This document shows, in pieces, positions 38,472 through 47,815 of a DNA stretch of 64,000 nucleotides. A program made the position numbers and the translations under genes. Under the pieces are notes generated by a model. That model was not told the origin of the DNA, ran no database searches, and worked only from the letters and a program-made list of their open reading frames with translations. The DNA comes from Nitrospiraceae bacterium (lineage in GTDB: Bacteria; Nitrospirota; Nitrospiria; Nitrospirales; Nitrospiraceae). Position 1 is the stretch's first letter; each line of letters begins with the position of its first letter. The stretch lies in contig JBFWWG010000006.1 of the NCBI GenBank assembly GCA_050246315.1, positions 32,001 to 96,000 on the forward strand. The letters run 5' to 3'.

Positions 38472-38825
38472 ATGGCCGCTCCACCAGCCGACCAGCCGTC
38501 CGCTCTGGATCCCGTCCGCGAGCTTCGTGAGACGTTCCGCCGTCACCTGGAAACGTTCTATGCCACGCTGAAGCTGGCCCCACCTTACCATAGCGTGGAG
38601 CAGGGTATTCTCCACCTGACCAAAATTCTTCATGCGCTGCCGGTCGAGGAGCGACGTCGGATCGCGAACGATCCCGCCGCCCAGTGGACCTATTTCCAGG
38701 AGGCCTTCGTGGCGTCGGGGTTGAATCTGAAACATCGCGGAATTCTGGCCGGCATGGCGCGCCGGCGCGAGAGCCTCGATCTGCCGGCTGAGTATCATGG
38801 CCTGCTGGACACGTTTCTGATGTAG
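38472..38825 (+). CDS. Hypothetical protein
   Basis: 3' part of ORF 38169-38825 with protein-like composition. Confidence 0.65.
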   Translation: MAAPPADQPSALDPVRELRETFRRHLETFYATLKLAPPYHSVEQGILHLTKILHALPVEERRRIANDPAAQWTYFQEAFVASGLNLKHRGILAGMARRRESLDLPAEYHGLLDTFLM

Positions 38826-38970
38826 CCCCGTCGGGCGTCAACCGTCAACCGCCATTCGCGCAGCAATCAAGCTGATCGATGCTGAGCCACCGTGAACTGG
38901 GTCGCCACTCCACATTCGCCGCGCCTGATTCGACTGACGATTGACGAATGACGATTGACGAAGACCGCCG

Positions 38971-39651
38971 TCACGCACGCAACGGTTCCGATTGCCTCGC
39001 GTCACCGTTCGGCACGCTCGCCCTGTCGTCCGTTGCCGGTGCCCGCAGCGCCTGGCGCAGTTCCTCCCATACCTGCATCAATCTCGTATTTTCCAATCGA
39101 TAGGCCAACGACACGGTCACCAATCCAAACGCGAACACCAGCGCGCCGAGTCCTGCCAGGCCGACTCCCATGACGATTCCGGACAGTGACGTGAATCCTC
39201 CCTGGAGCAGATAGGAGATCAGGAACCAAGCCGTACCCAAGCCGACCAACGCGAACCAGAGCAGGGTGACGATGGCCGAGGACCAGGGAATCCGCTTCGT
39301 GCAGACCAGATGCAGGCCCTCCGCCCCCGGCGCAATGTCGATCGAGCCCTTCATCGGCCAGGCGGTCCGAAATCGCGAGGCGAAGCGCCGGCAGTCCGGT
39401 TGCAGCATCATCCGGCGATCGTTGGGAAACAAGCGCGCGGCTCCGTGCGGCAACGGAAGGACGCCGGACGGATGAAACCGCGCGGTCAGCTCCTCGGATG
39501 AGGGCACGGCCACCGGCTGCGCGACCGCTGCGACGCGGCACCCATAGCGGGTGGCGTCGCTCCGGCCCTGCGCAAAATACCACCAATCGAGCACGACAAA
39601 CCCCACCACCAGCACGAACATGAACAGACCCGCGGCGATCATGCCGCGCAC
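38971..39651 (-). CDS. Hypothetical membrane protein
   Basis: Three hydrophobic segments. Confidence 0.7.
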   Translation of the reverse strand: MRGMIAAGLFMFVLVVGFVVLDWWYFAQGRSDATRYGCRVAAVAQPVAVPSSEELTARFHPSGVLPLPHGAARLFPNDRRMMLQPDCRRFASRFRTAWPMKGSIDIAPGAEGLHLVCTKRIPWSSAIVTLLWFALVGLGTAWFLISYLLQGGFTSLSGIVMGVGLAGLGALVFAFGLVTVSLAYRLENTRLMQVWEELRQALRAPATDDRASVPNGDARQSEPLRA

Positions 39652-39755
39652 GATAGCATAGCCGTGCGCGTCCGGAAAATGGGGCGGTCAGATGTCCGTC
39701 GTCCGAGCCAGCTCCAATCCGCAAGACGCAACTGCGTGAAATGTGAGGCCGGGAG

Positions 39756-39784
39756 TTGACTCACGTAGAAGAGTTGGCTACAGT
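39756..39784 (+). promoter_or_regulatory. Candidate sigma-70 promoter
   Basis: TTGACT-17-TACAGT, about 150 bp upstream of ATG 39936. Confidence 0.5.
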
Positions 39785-39935
39785 AGCCCCGCTTGGTTTG
39801 GCGGGTGTGTTTCAACAACCAGCTCCAGTGGGTTCCCGCCGTCAGTTGTCTCTAGATCTCCAAGTTCAACGCGCGGTGAAAGAGTTCCTGCTCGGCGTAT
39901 GCCGGGGGCGCTACTGTGAGCCAGAGAGGGTGTGA

Positions 39936-40658
39936 ATGGATCTGAAGAAGGTTGAACGCGTCTACACCAGCTATGCAGGCGTCTATGACCGGGTCTTTGG
40001 AAAGGTGTTCCACGAAGGCCGCGAGTCGGCCATCAGAAACCTGGCCTTACGGGAAAACGAACGAGTATTGGAAGTCGGCGTCGGGACCGGCTTGGCGCTA
40101 CCGATGTATCCGCGACATTGCCGGATCGTCGGCATCGATCTGTCGGAAGGAATGCTCGCTAAGGCCCGTGAGCGGGCGATCGTATTTGGGATGGACCATG
40201 TCGAGCTGCATCGAATGGATGCGGGCGCGATGGAGTTTTCGGACAATGCCTTCGATACGGTCGTCGCGGCCTATGTCGTTACCGCAGTGCCGGATTACCG
40301 CAGCGTCGTGAACGAGATGATCCGGGTCTGCCGGCCGGGCGGGCGCATCATCATGCTCAATCACTTCCGAAACGGGAACAAGATCATCGCAGCGATGGAG
40401 AAAGTCATCTCACCCCTGACGAAGCATCTCGGCTGGCGGACCGACCTCTCTCTCCATACCGTGCTCGAAGGCACCACCCTTCAGGTTTCCCGCAAGCAGG
40501 CTGTCAACCCGCTCCGCTTCTGGCACCTCGTCGAGTGCGTGAACGCCAAACCGGTCGCCGTCAATGGGAGCGCCGTCAACGGGCACCATCTGAACGGCTC
40601 CCTCAATGGAAACGGCCGCCACAAACTCGCCGTCTCCGCTTCCGCCGCGTCAGTCTAG
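39936..40658 (+). CDS. Class I SAM methyltransferase, phospholipid N-methyltransferase (PmtA)-like
   Basis: 'YDRVFG', 'VLEVGVGTG', 'GIDLS', 'RVCRPGG.I..LNHF'. Confidence 0.85.
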   Translation: MDLKKVERVYTSYAGVYDRVFGKVFHEGRESAIRNLALRENERVLEVGVGTGLALPMYPRHCRIVGIDLSEGMLAKARERAIVFGMDHVELHRMDAGAMEFSDNAFDTVVAAYVVTAVPDYRSVVNEMIRVCRPGGRIIMLNHFRNGNKIIAAMEKVISPLTKHLGWRTDLSLHTVLEGTTLQVSRKQAVNPLRFWHLVECVNAKPVAVNGSAVNGHHLNGSLNGNGRHKLAVSASAASV

Positions 40659-40662
40659 CCGG

Positions 40663-41547
40663 TCACTCCTCGCCTCCCGTTCCGTTCCTTCTCCCGTCTC
40701 CATTCCGCTTTCCTCTGCCGGTGGTACGCAGGATCGGACGTTCGTCCGGAATAAGCGTTTGGCCGGCAATGCTCTCGCCTGGGAAATGGCTGGTCAGAAT
40801 CTCGGCTACCGCCGAGAGTAAGTGTCTTCCCGCGTCTCGCTCGGAGTCCTGGGCCCGCAACATCACGCCAAAGGATCGGCCGTCGAGCGGACCATAGGCC
40901 TGCACCTCCAGAGAATCGCGAGACAGGGAAGTCCGCGAGGGGCTGATCCGGAGCTCTCCGGCCCATAGGACATGGGGCCCCGTTCCCTTCCCCAGACCAT
41001 TTCCATTTGCGCGAGACCGGGGTTTCCACACGCAGGGCACGCCCGCCCGATCGAGCTGCTCCAACAGCCAAGCCACGCTGGGAGCATCCGCATCCCTGGC
41101 CTGGAACAGCCACTGCGTGGCTTCCTGCTTATCGGGCAATGTGTCGGGGTAGGCAACCTCCTCCAACTCGGCCGATTCGCAGATTACATAGATTTCCCCG
41201 TACTGATCGAACCAGAACCGCAGGCGCCCCTGTTGGATCTCAGCCTGCAAGGCGTCGATCGCCGCGCTGTTGGCCCCTTCCTGCTCGAAGATTGAAAAAT
41301 CCGTCACGCCCAACATGCGGAACCGCGCGAGGCGCAGCAGGCGCCGGCGGTGGGATGCCTCTTGGACCTCGATATAGTAGCGAATCACAATGGTGACCAC
41401 GGTGTCGGCGAGAACCTCGCAACAGTCGTTCTCGTCGAACACCTGACGGCGGGAGACGTGCACGTCCGTCACTTGCCCGCCGCGAAACCCGCGTGTGTGA
41501 CGGAGCAGCCAGCCCACGTCCTCGATCGACTGAATTCGATGCGCCAT
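40663..41547 (-). CDS. Hypothetical protein
   Basis: Long ORF filling the gap; no recognised motif. Confidence 0.65.
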   Translation of the reverse strand: MAHRIQSIEDVGWLLRHTRGFRGGQVTDVHVSRRQVFDENDCCEVLADTVVTIVIRYYIEVQEASHRRRLLRLARFRMLGVTDFSIFEQEGANSAAIDALQAEIQQGRLRFWFDQYGEIYVICESAELEEVAYPDTLPDKQEATQWLFQARDADAPSVAWLLEQLDRAGVPCVWKPRSRANGNGLGKGTGPHVLWAGELRISPSRTSLSRDSLEVQAYGPLDGRSFGVMLRAQDSERDAGRHLLSAVAEILTSHFPGESIAGQTLIPDERPILRTTGRGKRNGDGRRNGTGGEE

Positions 41548-41655
41548 GCGCAAATTGTAGCGCGGTGGAGGGTGAAACACTACTGCGGGAATGAAATATC
41601 GGTGGACACGGCGATCACGATATCGCCAAACTGGGCAAGAGGTCGAAACGCGCAC

Positions 41656-42042
41656 TTACCGGCGCGGCTCGTTCGAATGGTTTAGCTCGTTCAATTTCGC
41701 ACGGAAGTAGTCTGCGCTGTTGACGAGGCGGCCGTCGGGAAATTTGATGCGATAGGGCTCGCCGCTGATCGACGATCCGGTGGCGCAACAGACGATGAAG
41801 TCCTCCGCGCTGTTCACGCGCGACCCGGCCGCCGTGAGTTTGCGTTTCAGATGGTCTATCGCCTTGCCTGCGTCATAGTCCCGGCCATTGCGGATGAAGA
41901 CGGCGCCGGAAATGTCTTTCAGGGAAGCGAGCAACGCCTCGATCTTCTGCCGCTCGCTCAGCTCGATGGCCCAGGCAACAGTTCCGAGCGAGACCAGACA
42001 TACAAGCACGGCTACCGTGCAGAAACGTAACCACCTTACCAC
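41656..42042 (-). CDS. DUF5329-like exported protein
   Basis: Signal peptide; 'FIRNG', 'HLKRK', 'SAEDFI', 'SSISGEPY'. Confidence 0.78.
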   Translation of the reverse strand: MVRWLRFCTVAVLVCLVSLGTVAWAIELSERQKIEALLASLKDISGAVFIRNGRDYDAGKAIDHLKRKLTAAGSRVNSAEDFIVCCATGSSISGEPYRIKFPDGRLVNSADYFRAKLNELNHSNEPRR

Positions 42043-42285
42043 GACTTACTCATTAGACCGGGCATGGTTGGCCACGGAGGAGCGTTCCATTACGTTTATC
42101 CATATGGCCTGACCGGTTCACTCATCATAACCCCAAGTGTGATGGCAAGACCTTACCCAAAAAAATGCTCATGCGTGGCAGCCGGCACTTCTACATCAAC
42201 CGTTGACAACCGACTCCCACGCCTCCTCCAATCCATCGGCACGTGCCTGCACAACCCATGCTCCTCATAAGTCAATACTCATGTC

Positions 42286-42343
42286 TGACCCCAATAGATG
42301 ACCTGACCCCAATAGATGACCCCAATAGAGTGACCCCAATAGA
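42286..42343. repeat. Four tandem copies of TGACCCCAATAGA
   Basis: Copies at 42286, 42304, 42317, 42331. Confidence 0.9.
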
Positions 42344-42636
42344 TGCGGTTGAACGAACTGATGGACGGTGAAGCGGCGTACAGTCTCCCGCGTGTTCGGT
42401 GCATACTCTTTGCCGAACTGGTCGCGAAACACATTCATCATCTCCGTGATGCCGAGCATCGGATCGGTCGCAGCCGACCACGACTTCCGCGGGGTCATGC
42501 CGAGGAGTGCGAGTAGAACGAGAGCGGAACGCTCGTTCTGCTGTTCTCTCGGGACGTTCAACGAGGCGAGTACCTTGTGTGCTTGGTTGATACGCCTCGC
42601 TGTCGTACCACGCTTGTTGGCAGGGCGCTTAGCCAC
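42344..42636 (-). pseudogene. Truncated BsuBI/PstI-family restriction endonuclease (N-terminal ~95 aa)
   Basis: 'PREQQNERSAL.LLAL', 'YAPNTRETVRRFTVHQF'; homology ends at the repeat array, catalytic half absent. Confidence 0.85.
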
Positions 42637-44197
42637 CGAAGAGCACCTCATCAACGAGACAATCAAGCTCTTCTTGGCCCGGAAGGGTCGAGCCGATCCG
42701 CCGCCCCAGCACGGTGAGAGCGGAACGGGTGGGGTATGGCAGAGATCGCAGGTCGGACGCGTTCACCTGCGTATGACCGCTAAACTGCCTGAAGTACGTG
42801 TCAACGGGCGACGAGTTCAGGTAGGCTGCGAGCCCCTTGGCAAGGGTTGCAGGCAGTCCAAAACCGCGTTCATGGAAGTAGTTCAGATGGTTCTCGAAGG
42901 CGACTTGCGCAGCGGAGACACGCGTGGGGTCGTAGATGGCAGCGACTATGCGACGACGCTCCTCCTTTGACGAAAACCGCTTGATCAGAACATAGTGCCC
43001 CTCGGAGACGACGAGTTCTCCGGCCCTCGGTCCGAGGGCGAGGGCGTTTGGCTTCCGTGTCTTGCCATTCGGCCACTCCACGTAACCTTGCTTGAAGTGA
43101 CAGGGGTAAATCAGAGGCACTGTGTTCTCCCCCGGCTGGGCACGAAGCAAGTCTCGAGCTCGGAAGTCGACAACCCGCCCGGTTGAAACCGTCAGCCCGA
43201 GATCGGCGAGCGTTCCTCCCAAGCCGCGCAGCTGGTCGCGGGTAAGCTTGCCGTCTTTTTCCGGGGCCACATGAATGACCGCCTGGCGATCGCGTGGATG
43301 AATGAGTTCATTGTGTGCGATCGTTCGCGTGCGCAGTTTTGCACCAGGCTCTGCGCTGGCAGACACAACGACCTGTGGGTTCGCTTCCGTGTTCTTGATG
43401 GCATGGAAAATGATGTTTTCCTGCAGGACCTTGTCATCCCCGAAGGCCTTGTCTCGCGCGTCAAAGAGATGAACGCGGCGAAAACGCATCTCGCGCAGGA
43501 AATGCCGGCGAAATGGCTCAAAGTAGGGACCATTGCAGAAACTCCGTGGAGTAATGGCGACCATCTCTCCGCCGGGAGCCAGCAGGCGCGCGGCAACACC
43601 TACAAAGCCCGCGTACAGGTTGGTGGTTTCCAAGCCGATCGAACGAAGCAGCGAGCGTTCTCGGGACTCCGTCCGAATCTTGCGGTAGGGCGGGTTGAGG
43701 ATGGCGCAGTCGAAACGCTCACTCTCCCCCGTTCCGTAGAGATTGCCAGCAAGACCATGAGCGCCGGCCTCGAGGAAATCTCGGTCCATCAGCCGTGCTT
43801 GAAACGTGATTGCAAAGCTCTCGCATTCGGCCTTGCACTGATCCAGCGTTTGGCGCAGATAGCCGACCAGCAGAGGGTCGATCTCGTAGGCCGTTACGGC
43901 GATGCTGGCGGGGCGCGTGGGGCGCTGGCAGAGCGCCAATACGAGAGCGGCGCACAGGGACCCGGCTCCGGCGCCGGGGTCGAGGACGCGGAACTCGGAC
44001 CTCGAAGAGCGAAACATCTCGGCCATGAAGGCAGCAACGGGGCTAGGTGTGAGAAACTGCCCCAGCTGAGCACGGCTCCGGGGATCCAAGCGCGCCGTGG
44101 CTTCCTTGCGCACGTCATCGAGCGCCGTCAGCAACGATACGCGGCCGCCAGTCGTAGGCACCGCATTCGGGTCCTTGCGTAGGCTGGTCATTCTCAC
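42629..44197 (-). CDS. N6-adenine DNA methyltransferase, PstI/BsuBI type
   Basis: 'LGQFLTP', 'LDPGAGAG', 'NPPY', 'PRSFCNGPYF', 'STGRVVDFR', 'FSGHTQVNA.DL'. Confidence 0.9.
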   Translation of the reverse strand: MRMTSLRKDPNAVPTTGGRVSLLTALDDVRKEATARLDPRSRAQLGQFLTPSPVAAFMAEMFRSSRSEFRVLDPGAGAGSLCAALVLALCQRPTRPASIAVTAYEIDPLLVGYLRQTLDQCKAECESFAITFQARLMDRDFLEAGAHGLAGNLYGTGESERFDCAILNPPYRKIRTESRERSLLRSIGLETTNLYAGFVGVAARLLAPGGEMVAITPRSFCNGPYFEPFRRHFLREMRFRRVHLFDARDKAFGDDKVLQENIIFHAIKNTEANPQVVVSASAEPGAKLRTRTIAHNELIHPRDRQAVIHVAPEKDGKLTRDQLRGLGGTLADLGLTVSTGRVVDFRARDLLRAQPGENTVPLIYPCHFKQGYVEWPNGKTRKPNALALGPRAGELVVSEGHYVLIKRFSSKEERRRIVAAIYDPTRVSAAQVAFENHLNYFHERGFGLPATLAKGLAAYLNSSPVDTYFRQFSGHTQVNASDLRSLPYPTRSALTVLGRRIGSTLPGQEELDCLVDEVLFGG

Positions 44198-44564
44198 TGC
44201 GAAGATCCCATCCTTGTCCCGCTAACTATTAAGTCTGCTGCGGCCTACCCGTGCCGCATATCACAGTAGACTGAGCACCCCCCTGGAGGGCGAGTCTACT
44301 GACAAATTCAACACGTATTCAAGATTGCATACCGCTTCGCCTACGGGGATAGACTGCAACCTCCGCAGTCTATCCGGCTATCAACCCGCAGTATATTCCG
44401 ACCAATCACGTCGCAGGCGGGCTGCCGGGTTCTCTCCGCTATGTCCGCCTCGATTCAGGGCATGCGTATCATTCATTGTGGTGCTCACGTCCCACGGGCT
44501 TCGCCTGGTCGGTTCGCCAGGAGCCCCTGATACCGACTGGGACTCAACATAGACTCAGGAAGAG

Positions 44565-44696
44565 CTAGTGTTGCGTCCCAGAAGTTCGTTCGTGGTGAGC
44601 CTGTCGAACCATGAACGGAACTCCTTGAAAGTGGGCGCCCTTCGACACGCCCAGTGCGAACGGATAATTACCGGAACTTACGGGACACACCACTAG
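44565..44696. mobile_element. MITE-like element with CTAG termini and REP-type core
   Basis: ctagtgttgcgtcccagaagttc / gaacttacgggacacaccactag inverted ends; internal gttcgtggtgagcctgtcgaaccatgaacg. Confidence 0.7.
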
Positions 44697-44817
44697 GAGC
44701 CCACGCCTCCACTCGATTTGAAACATTTAGCCCAATTAGTGTAATTGGAGAACTTACCATCTGGTGAAACTATCCAGATCGCGCCGACCAGTCACCCGCT
44801 TGTAAAAAGAGGAGTCC

Positions 44818-45498
44818 ATGCGCGCCGTTTGCCTCCAACATGTCCCCTTTGAAGGACCCGGGGCCTTTGCGGCCTCGCTGAAGCAACGCAATGTTGAGCT
44901 CAGGCCGGTGCTGGTCCCTCGCGACGGCCTCCCGGACAATCCCGGCGATCTGCTGATCGTGATGGGCGGACCGATGTCGGTGAACGATCCCGATCCCTGG
45001 ATCGCAGAGGAGACCGCCTTCATTCGGAGGGCGATGCAGGCGGGAGTGCCTACGCTCGGCGTCTGTCTCGGTAGCCAGTTCATGGCCAAGGCGCTCGGCG
45101 CGACCGTTCAGCCTGGGCATGGCGTCGAAATCGGCATGACAGCGATCCAACTGACGGAAGAGGGCCGGAAAGACCCGGTGTTCGGAGCGCTCCCACCTTC
45201 AATGGACGTCTTTCAATGGCACGGCGAGGGCTACGACTGCCCGCCCGGCGCCGTGACGCTCGCGTCGTCCGAGTTATTCCCGGTGCAGGCGTTCCGTTCC
45301 GATACCCGCGCCTATGGTCTGCTGTTTCACATGGAAATGGATCAGCTCGGTATGGAAGCTCTCTGTCGGGAATGTGCCGACGATGTGACGCGCGGACATC
45401 AGACCGTGGACGAGCTGAGGCGTCGTACGATTCCAGCCCTTCCACACCTTCACCAATGGGCCGATCGGCTCATCGGCCATCTGATCCACTTGTCCTGA
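44818..45498 (+). CDS. Type 1 glutamine amidotransferase
   Basis: 'QHVPFEGPG', 'MGGPMS', 'GVCLGSQ', 'FH.E'. Confidence 0.9.
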   Translation: MRAVCLQHVPFEGPGAFAASLKQRNVELRPVLVPRDGLPDNPGDLLIVMGGPMSVNDPDPWIAEETAFIRRAMQAGVPTLGVCLGSQFMAKALGATVQPGHGVEIGMTAIQLTEEGRKDPVFGALPPSMDVFQWHGEGYDCPPGAVTLASSELFPVQAFRSDTRAYGLLFHMEMDQLGMEALCRECADDVTRGHQTVDELRRRTIPALPHLHQWADRLIGHLIHLS

Positions 45499-45591
45499 TC
45501 TACCTGTCTCGTTGATTGCCGCGCCCGTCATCCTGTACCCTATGCTTTTTTCACCGGGTCCCACTGCGGATCGGTGCGAGAGAGGAACTAC

Positions 45592-45888
45592 CCCTGATCC
45601 GAAAGTCATCACGCACATGCTCAGGGCGTCACGGCGGGACGGGTGATCGGACGAAGCAGCCCTGGAGCGGCTTCTTCATAAATGAGGGGGGCGGAGTACA
45701 GCCCTGTGCCGGCATCGCGGCCATTGGCCGCGGCCCCACAGGCGCGGGCGTCAACAAGGCATCTGCAGAAGCTGCGAATCGTCAGCGCATTCCAGGGCGT
45801 CTGAGGCCGAGCCCCGTCCGTCGCCGAGAATGCGTCCCAACAGCGCCTGTGCAGTGACAGGCGGACAAATGAAAATTTCGGATCAGGG
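45592..45888. mobile_element. ~297-bp structured element with terminal inverted repeats (MITE-like or ncRNA)
   Basis: Perfect 13-bp IR CCCTGATCCGAAA / TTTCGGATCAGGG plus nested internal stems. Confidence 0.6.
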
Positions 45889-45948
45889 CTCGCGAGCTAT
45901 CGATTACACGATCGAACATCTCAGTTGATTTCAGGAAAGGACCAACGC

Positions 45949-47124
45949 ATGGCTGGGTTTCCCATCGAATTTGCCACACGTATCAAGACCTTGCCGCCCT
46001 ATCTATTCGCGGCCATCGACAAGATGAAGCAGGAGGCGATCGCGCGCGGGGTGGATATCATCAATCTCGGCGTCGGTGATCCCGATCTGCCGACCCCCGC
46101 ACCGATCATCGACCGGATGAAGATTGCGGCGGCCGAGCCGCGCAATCATCAGTATCCTTCCTATGAAGGTATGCTGAGCTTTCGCCAGGCCGTGGCCGGT
46201 TGGTACAAGCGGCGCTTCGGGGTTACGATCGATCCGACTGCGGAAGTGCTGACCTTGATCGGCTCCAAGGAAGGCATCGGGCACGTGCCGCTGGCCTTCA
46301 TCGATCCGGGCGACATCGTCCTCGTGCCGAGCCCCGGCTATCCCGTGTACCCGGTCGCCACCGGCTTCGCCGGCGGTACGTCCTACATCATGCCGCTCAA
46401 GAAGGAAAACCGCTTCCTGCCCGATTTGACCGCGATCCCTAAGGACGTAGCTCAGAAGGCAAAGCTGATGTTCCTCAATTCGCCGAACAATCCCACGTCC
46501 GTGGTGGCCGATAAGGACTATTTCAAGCAGGTGGTGGCCTTCGCACAGGAACACCGGATCATCGTCTGCCACGACGCGGCCTATTCGGAGATCTATTACG
46601 ACGGACAACCTCCGGCCAGCTTCCTCGAAGTCGAGGGGGCCAAGGAGGTCGGCGTCGAGTTCCATTCGCTCTCGAAGACCTTCAACATGACCGGCTGGCG
46701 GATCGGCTTCGCCGTCGGAAACAAACAGGTCTTGGCCGGGCTCGGCAAGGTGAAGAGCAACCTCGACTCCGGTGTGTTCCAAGCGGTGCAGGAGGCCGGC
46801 ATCACCGCGCTCGATTCCGGCGACTACCTCGTGGACGGTCTGCGCACAATTTATCAGGAACGGCGGGACGTGTTTGTCCCGGGCCTGCGCCAGATCGGTC
46901 TCGACGTGGAATTGCCGCCCGCGGCCTTCTATGTGTGGATCGGCGTGCCGAAGGGCTATACCTCCGCCTCGTTCACCGCGCACTTGTTGGAAAAGACCGG
47001 CATCGTCAGCACACCGGGCAATGGATTCGGCGAGCCAGGCGAGGGTTACATCCGCATGACGCTCACAACGACCAAGGAGCGACTGGCGGAAGCGTTGGAG
47101 CGGATGCGCAAGACAGGGCTCTGA
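45949..47124 (+). CDS. dapL: LL-diaminopimelate aminotransferase
   Basis: 'LPPYLFA', 'GSKEGI', 'PNNPT', 'DAAYSE', 'SLSKTFNMTGWRIG'. Confidence 0.85.
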   Translation: MAGFPIEFATRIKTLPPYLFAAIDKMKQEAIARGVDIINLGVGDPDLPTPAPIIDRMKIAAAEPRNHQYPSYEGMLSFRQAVAGWYKRRFGVTIDPTAEVLTLIGSKEGIGHVPLAFIDPGDIVLVPSPGYPVYPVATGFAGGTSYIMPLKKENRFLPDLTAIPKDVAQKAKLMFLNSPNNPTSVVADKDYFKQVVAFAQEHRIIVCHDAAYSEIYYDGQPPASFLEVEGAKEVGVEFHSLSKTFNMTGWRIGFAVGNKQVLAGLGKVKSNLDSGVFQAVQEAGITALDSGDYLVDGLRTIYQERRDVFVPGLRQIGLDVELPPAAFYVWIGVPKGYTSASFTAHLLEKTGIVSTPGNGFGEPGEGYIRMTLTTTKERLAEALERMRKTGL

Positions 47125-47251
47125 GGAGGACATCATTCGTCGCTTGTCATTCGTCAATCGGTCAGACAGAGAAGACACATTGAGTCTGCTGTTCGAATGA
47201 CGCTTGACGAATGACGCCGGATGTTACCGCTTGACCATTGACGAATGCCCT

Positions 47252-47815
47252 ATGTCGCGTGAAACGGTCTTCATCGGCTTCGGTTCCAATATCGGCGATC
47301 GGGTGGACTACTGCTCACGCGCGGTGACGCTGCTGAGCCTGCTGCCGCATTCAGAATTGACCGGTCTCTCCTCGCTGTACGAAACGGAACCGATTCCCGA
47401 TGGCGGCGATCCGGGAGCCACCTGGGTCATGAACGGGGTCGTGCGACTCGATACGGACATCACGCCGCAGAGCCTGTTGGAGATCTGCCGCGAAATCGAA
47501 TCGGCCCTCGGCCGCGACCAGGACAATCGCAAGGGGCCGCGCACGATCGATCTGGATATCCTGTCGTATGGGACCAGGGCCATCGACAACGCGGGGCTCG
47601 TGATTCCCCACCCCCGGCTCCACCGTCGCCGATTCGTGCTGGTCCCGCTTGCCGAAGTGGCATCCGCGTGGGTCCATCCGGTCCTCGAACGATCGGTCAC
47701 CGAGCTGCTGCAAGCGCTGAACGATCCGTCGGAGGTCCGCAAGCTCGACCCCCAACCGTCCGTCCTCAATAGGCTGCGTCCCGCCTGTGCCCCCTCCTCT
47801 CCCGGCCGTCTCTAA
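47252..47815 (+). CDS. folK: 6-hydroxymethyl-7,8-dihydropterin pyrophosphokinase
   Basis: 'GFGSNIG', 'SSLYETEP', 'GPRTIDLDIL', 'PHPR..RRFVL.PL'. Confidence 0.95.
   Translation: MSRETVFIGFGSNIGDRVDYCSRAVTLLSLLPHSELTGLSSLYETEPIPDGGDPGATWVMNGVVRLDTDITPQSLLEICREIESALGRDQDNRKGPRTIDLDILSYGTRAIDNAGLVIPHPRLHRRRFVLVPLAEVASAWVHPVLERSVTELLQALNDPSEVRKLDPQPSVLNRLRPACAPSSPGRL

Noticed and set aside
42286..42343. Tandem repeat as a CRISPR array
   Set aside because: 13-bp units with 0-5 bp gaps, no spacers, no cas genes
42265..42343. 'HLLGS' repeat tail on the endonuclease
   Set aside because: Read-through translation of the DNA repeat, not a protein domain
44220..44272. Possible integron attC site (ctaac...gtagac with inner tgcggc/gccgca)
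   Set aside because: Poor RYYYAAC/GTTRRRY match, wrong side of the adjacent gene, no integrase or second site
45550..45948. Lysine, TPP or SAH riboswitch, SRP RNA or 6S RNA upstream of dapL
   Set aside because: Only short chance matches (CCTGATCCG, GAAGCAGCC); the conserved cores are not present
46003..47178. Long antisense ORFs (this one, 1895-2932, 3350-4459, 60989-62041 and similar)
   Set aside because: Shadow frames of GC-rich genes that have clear motifs on the other strand
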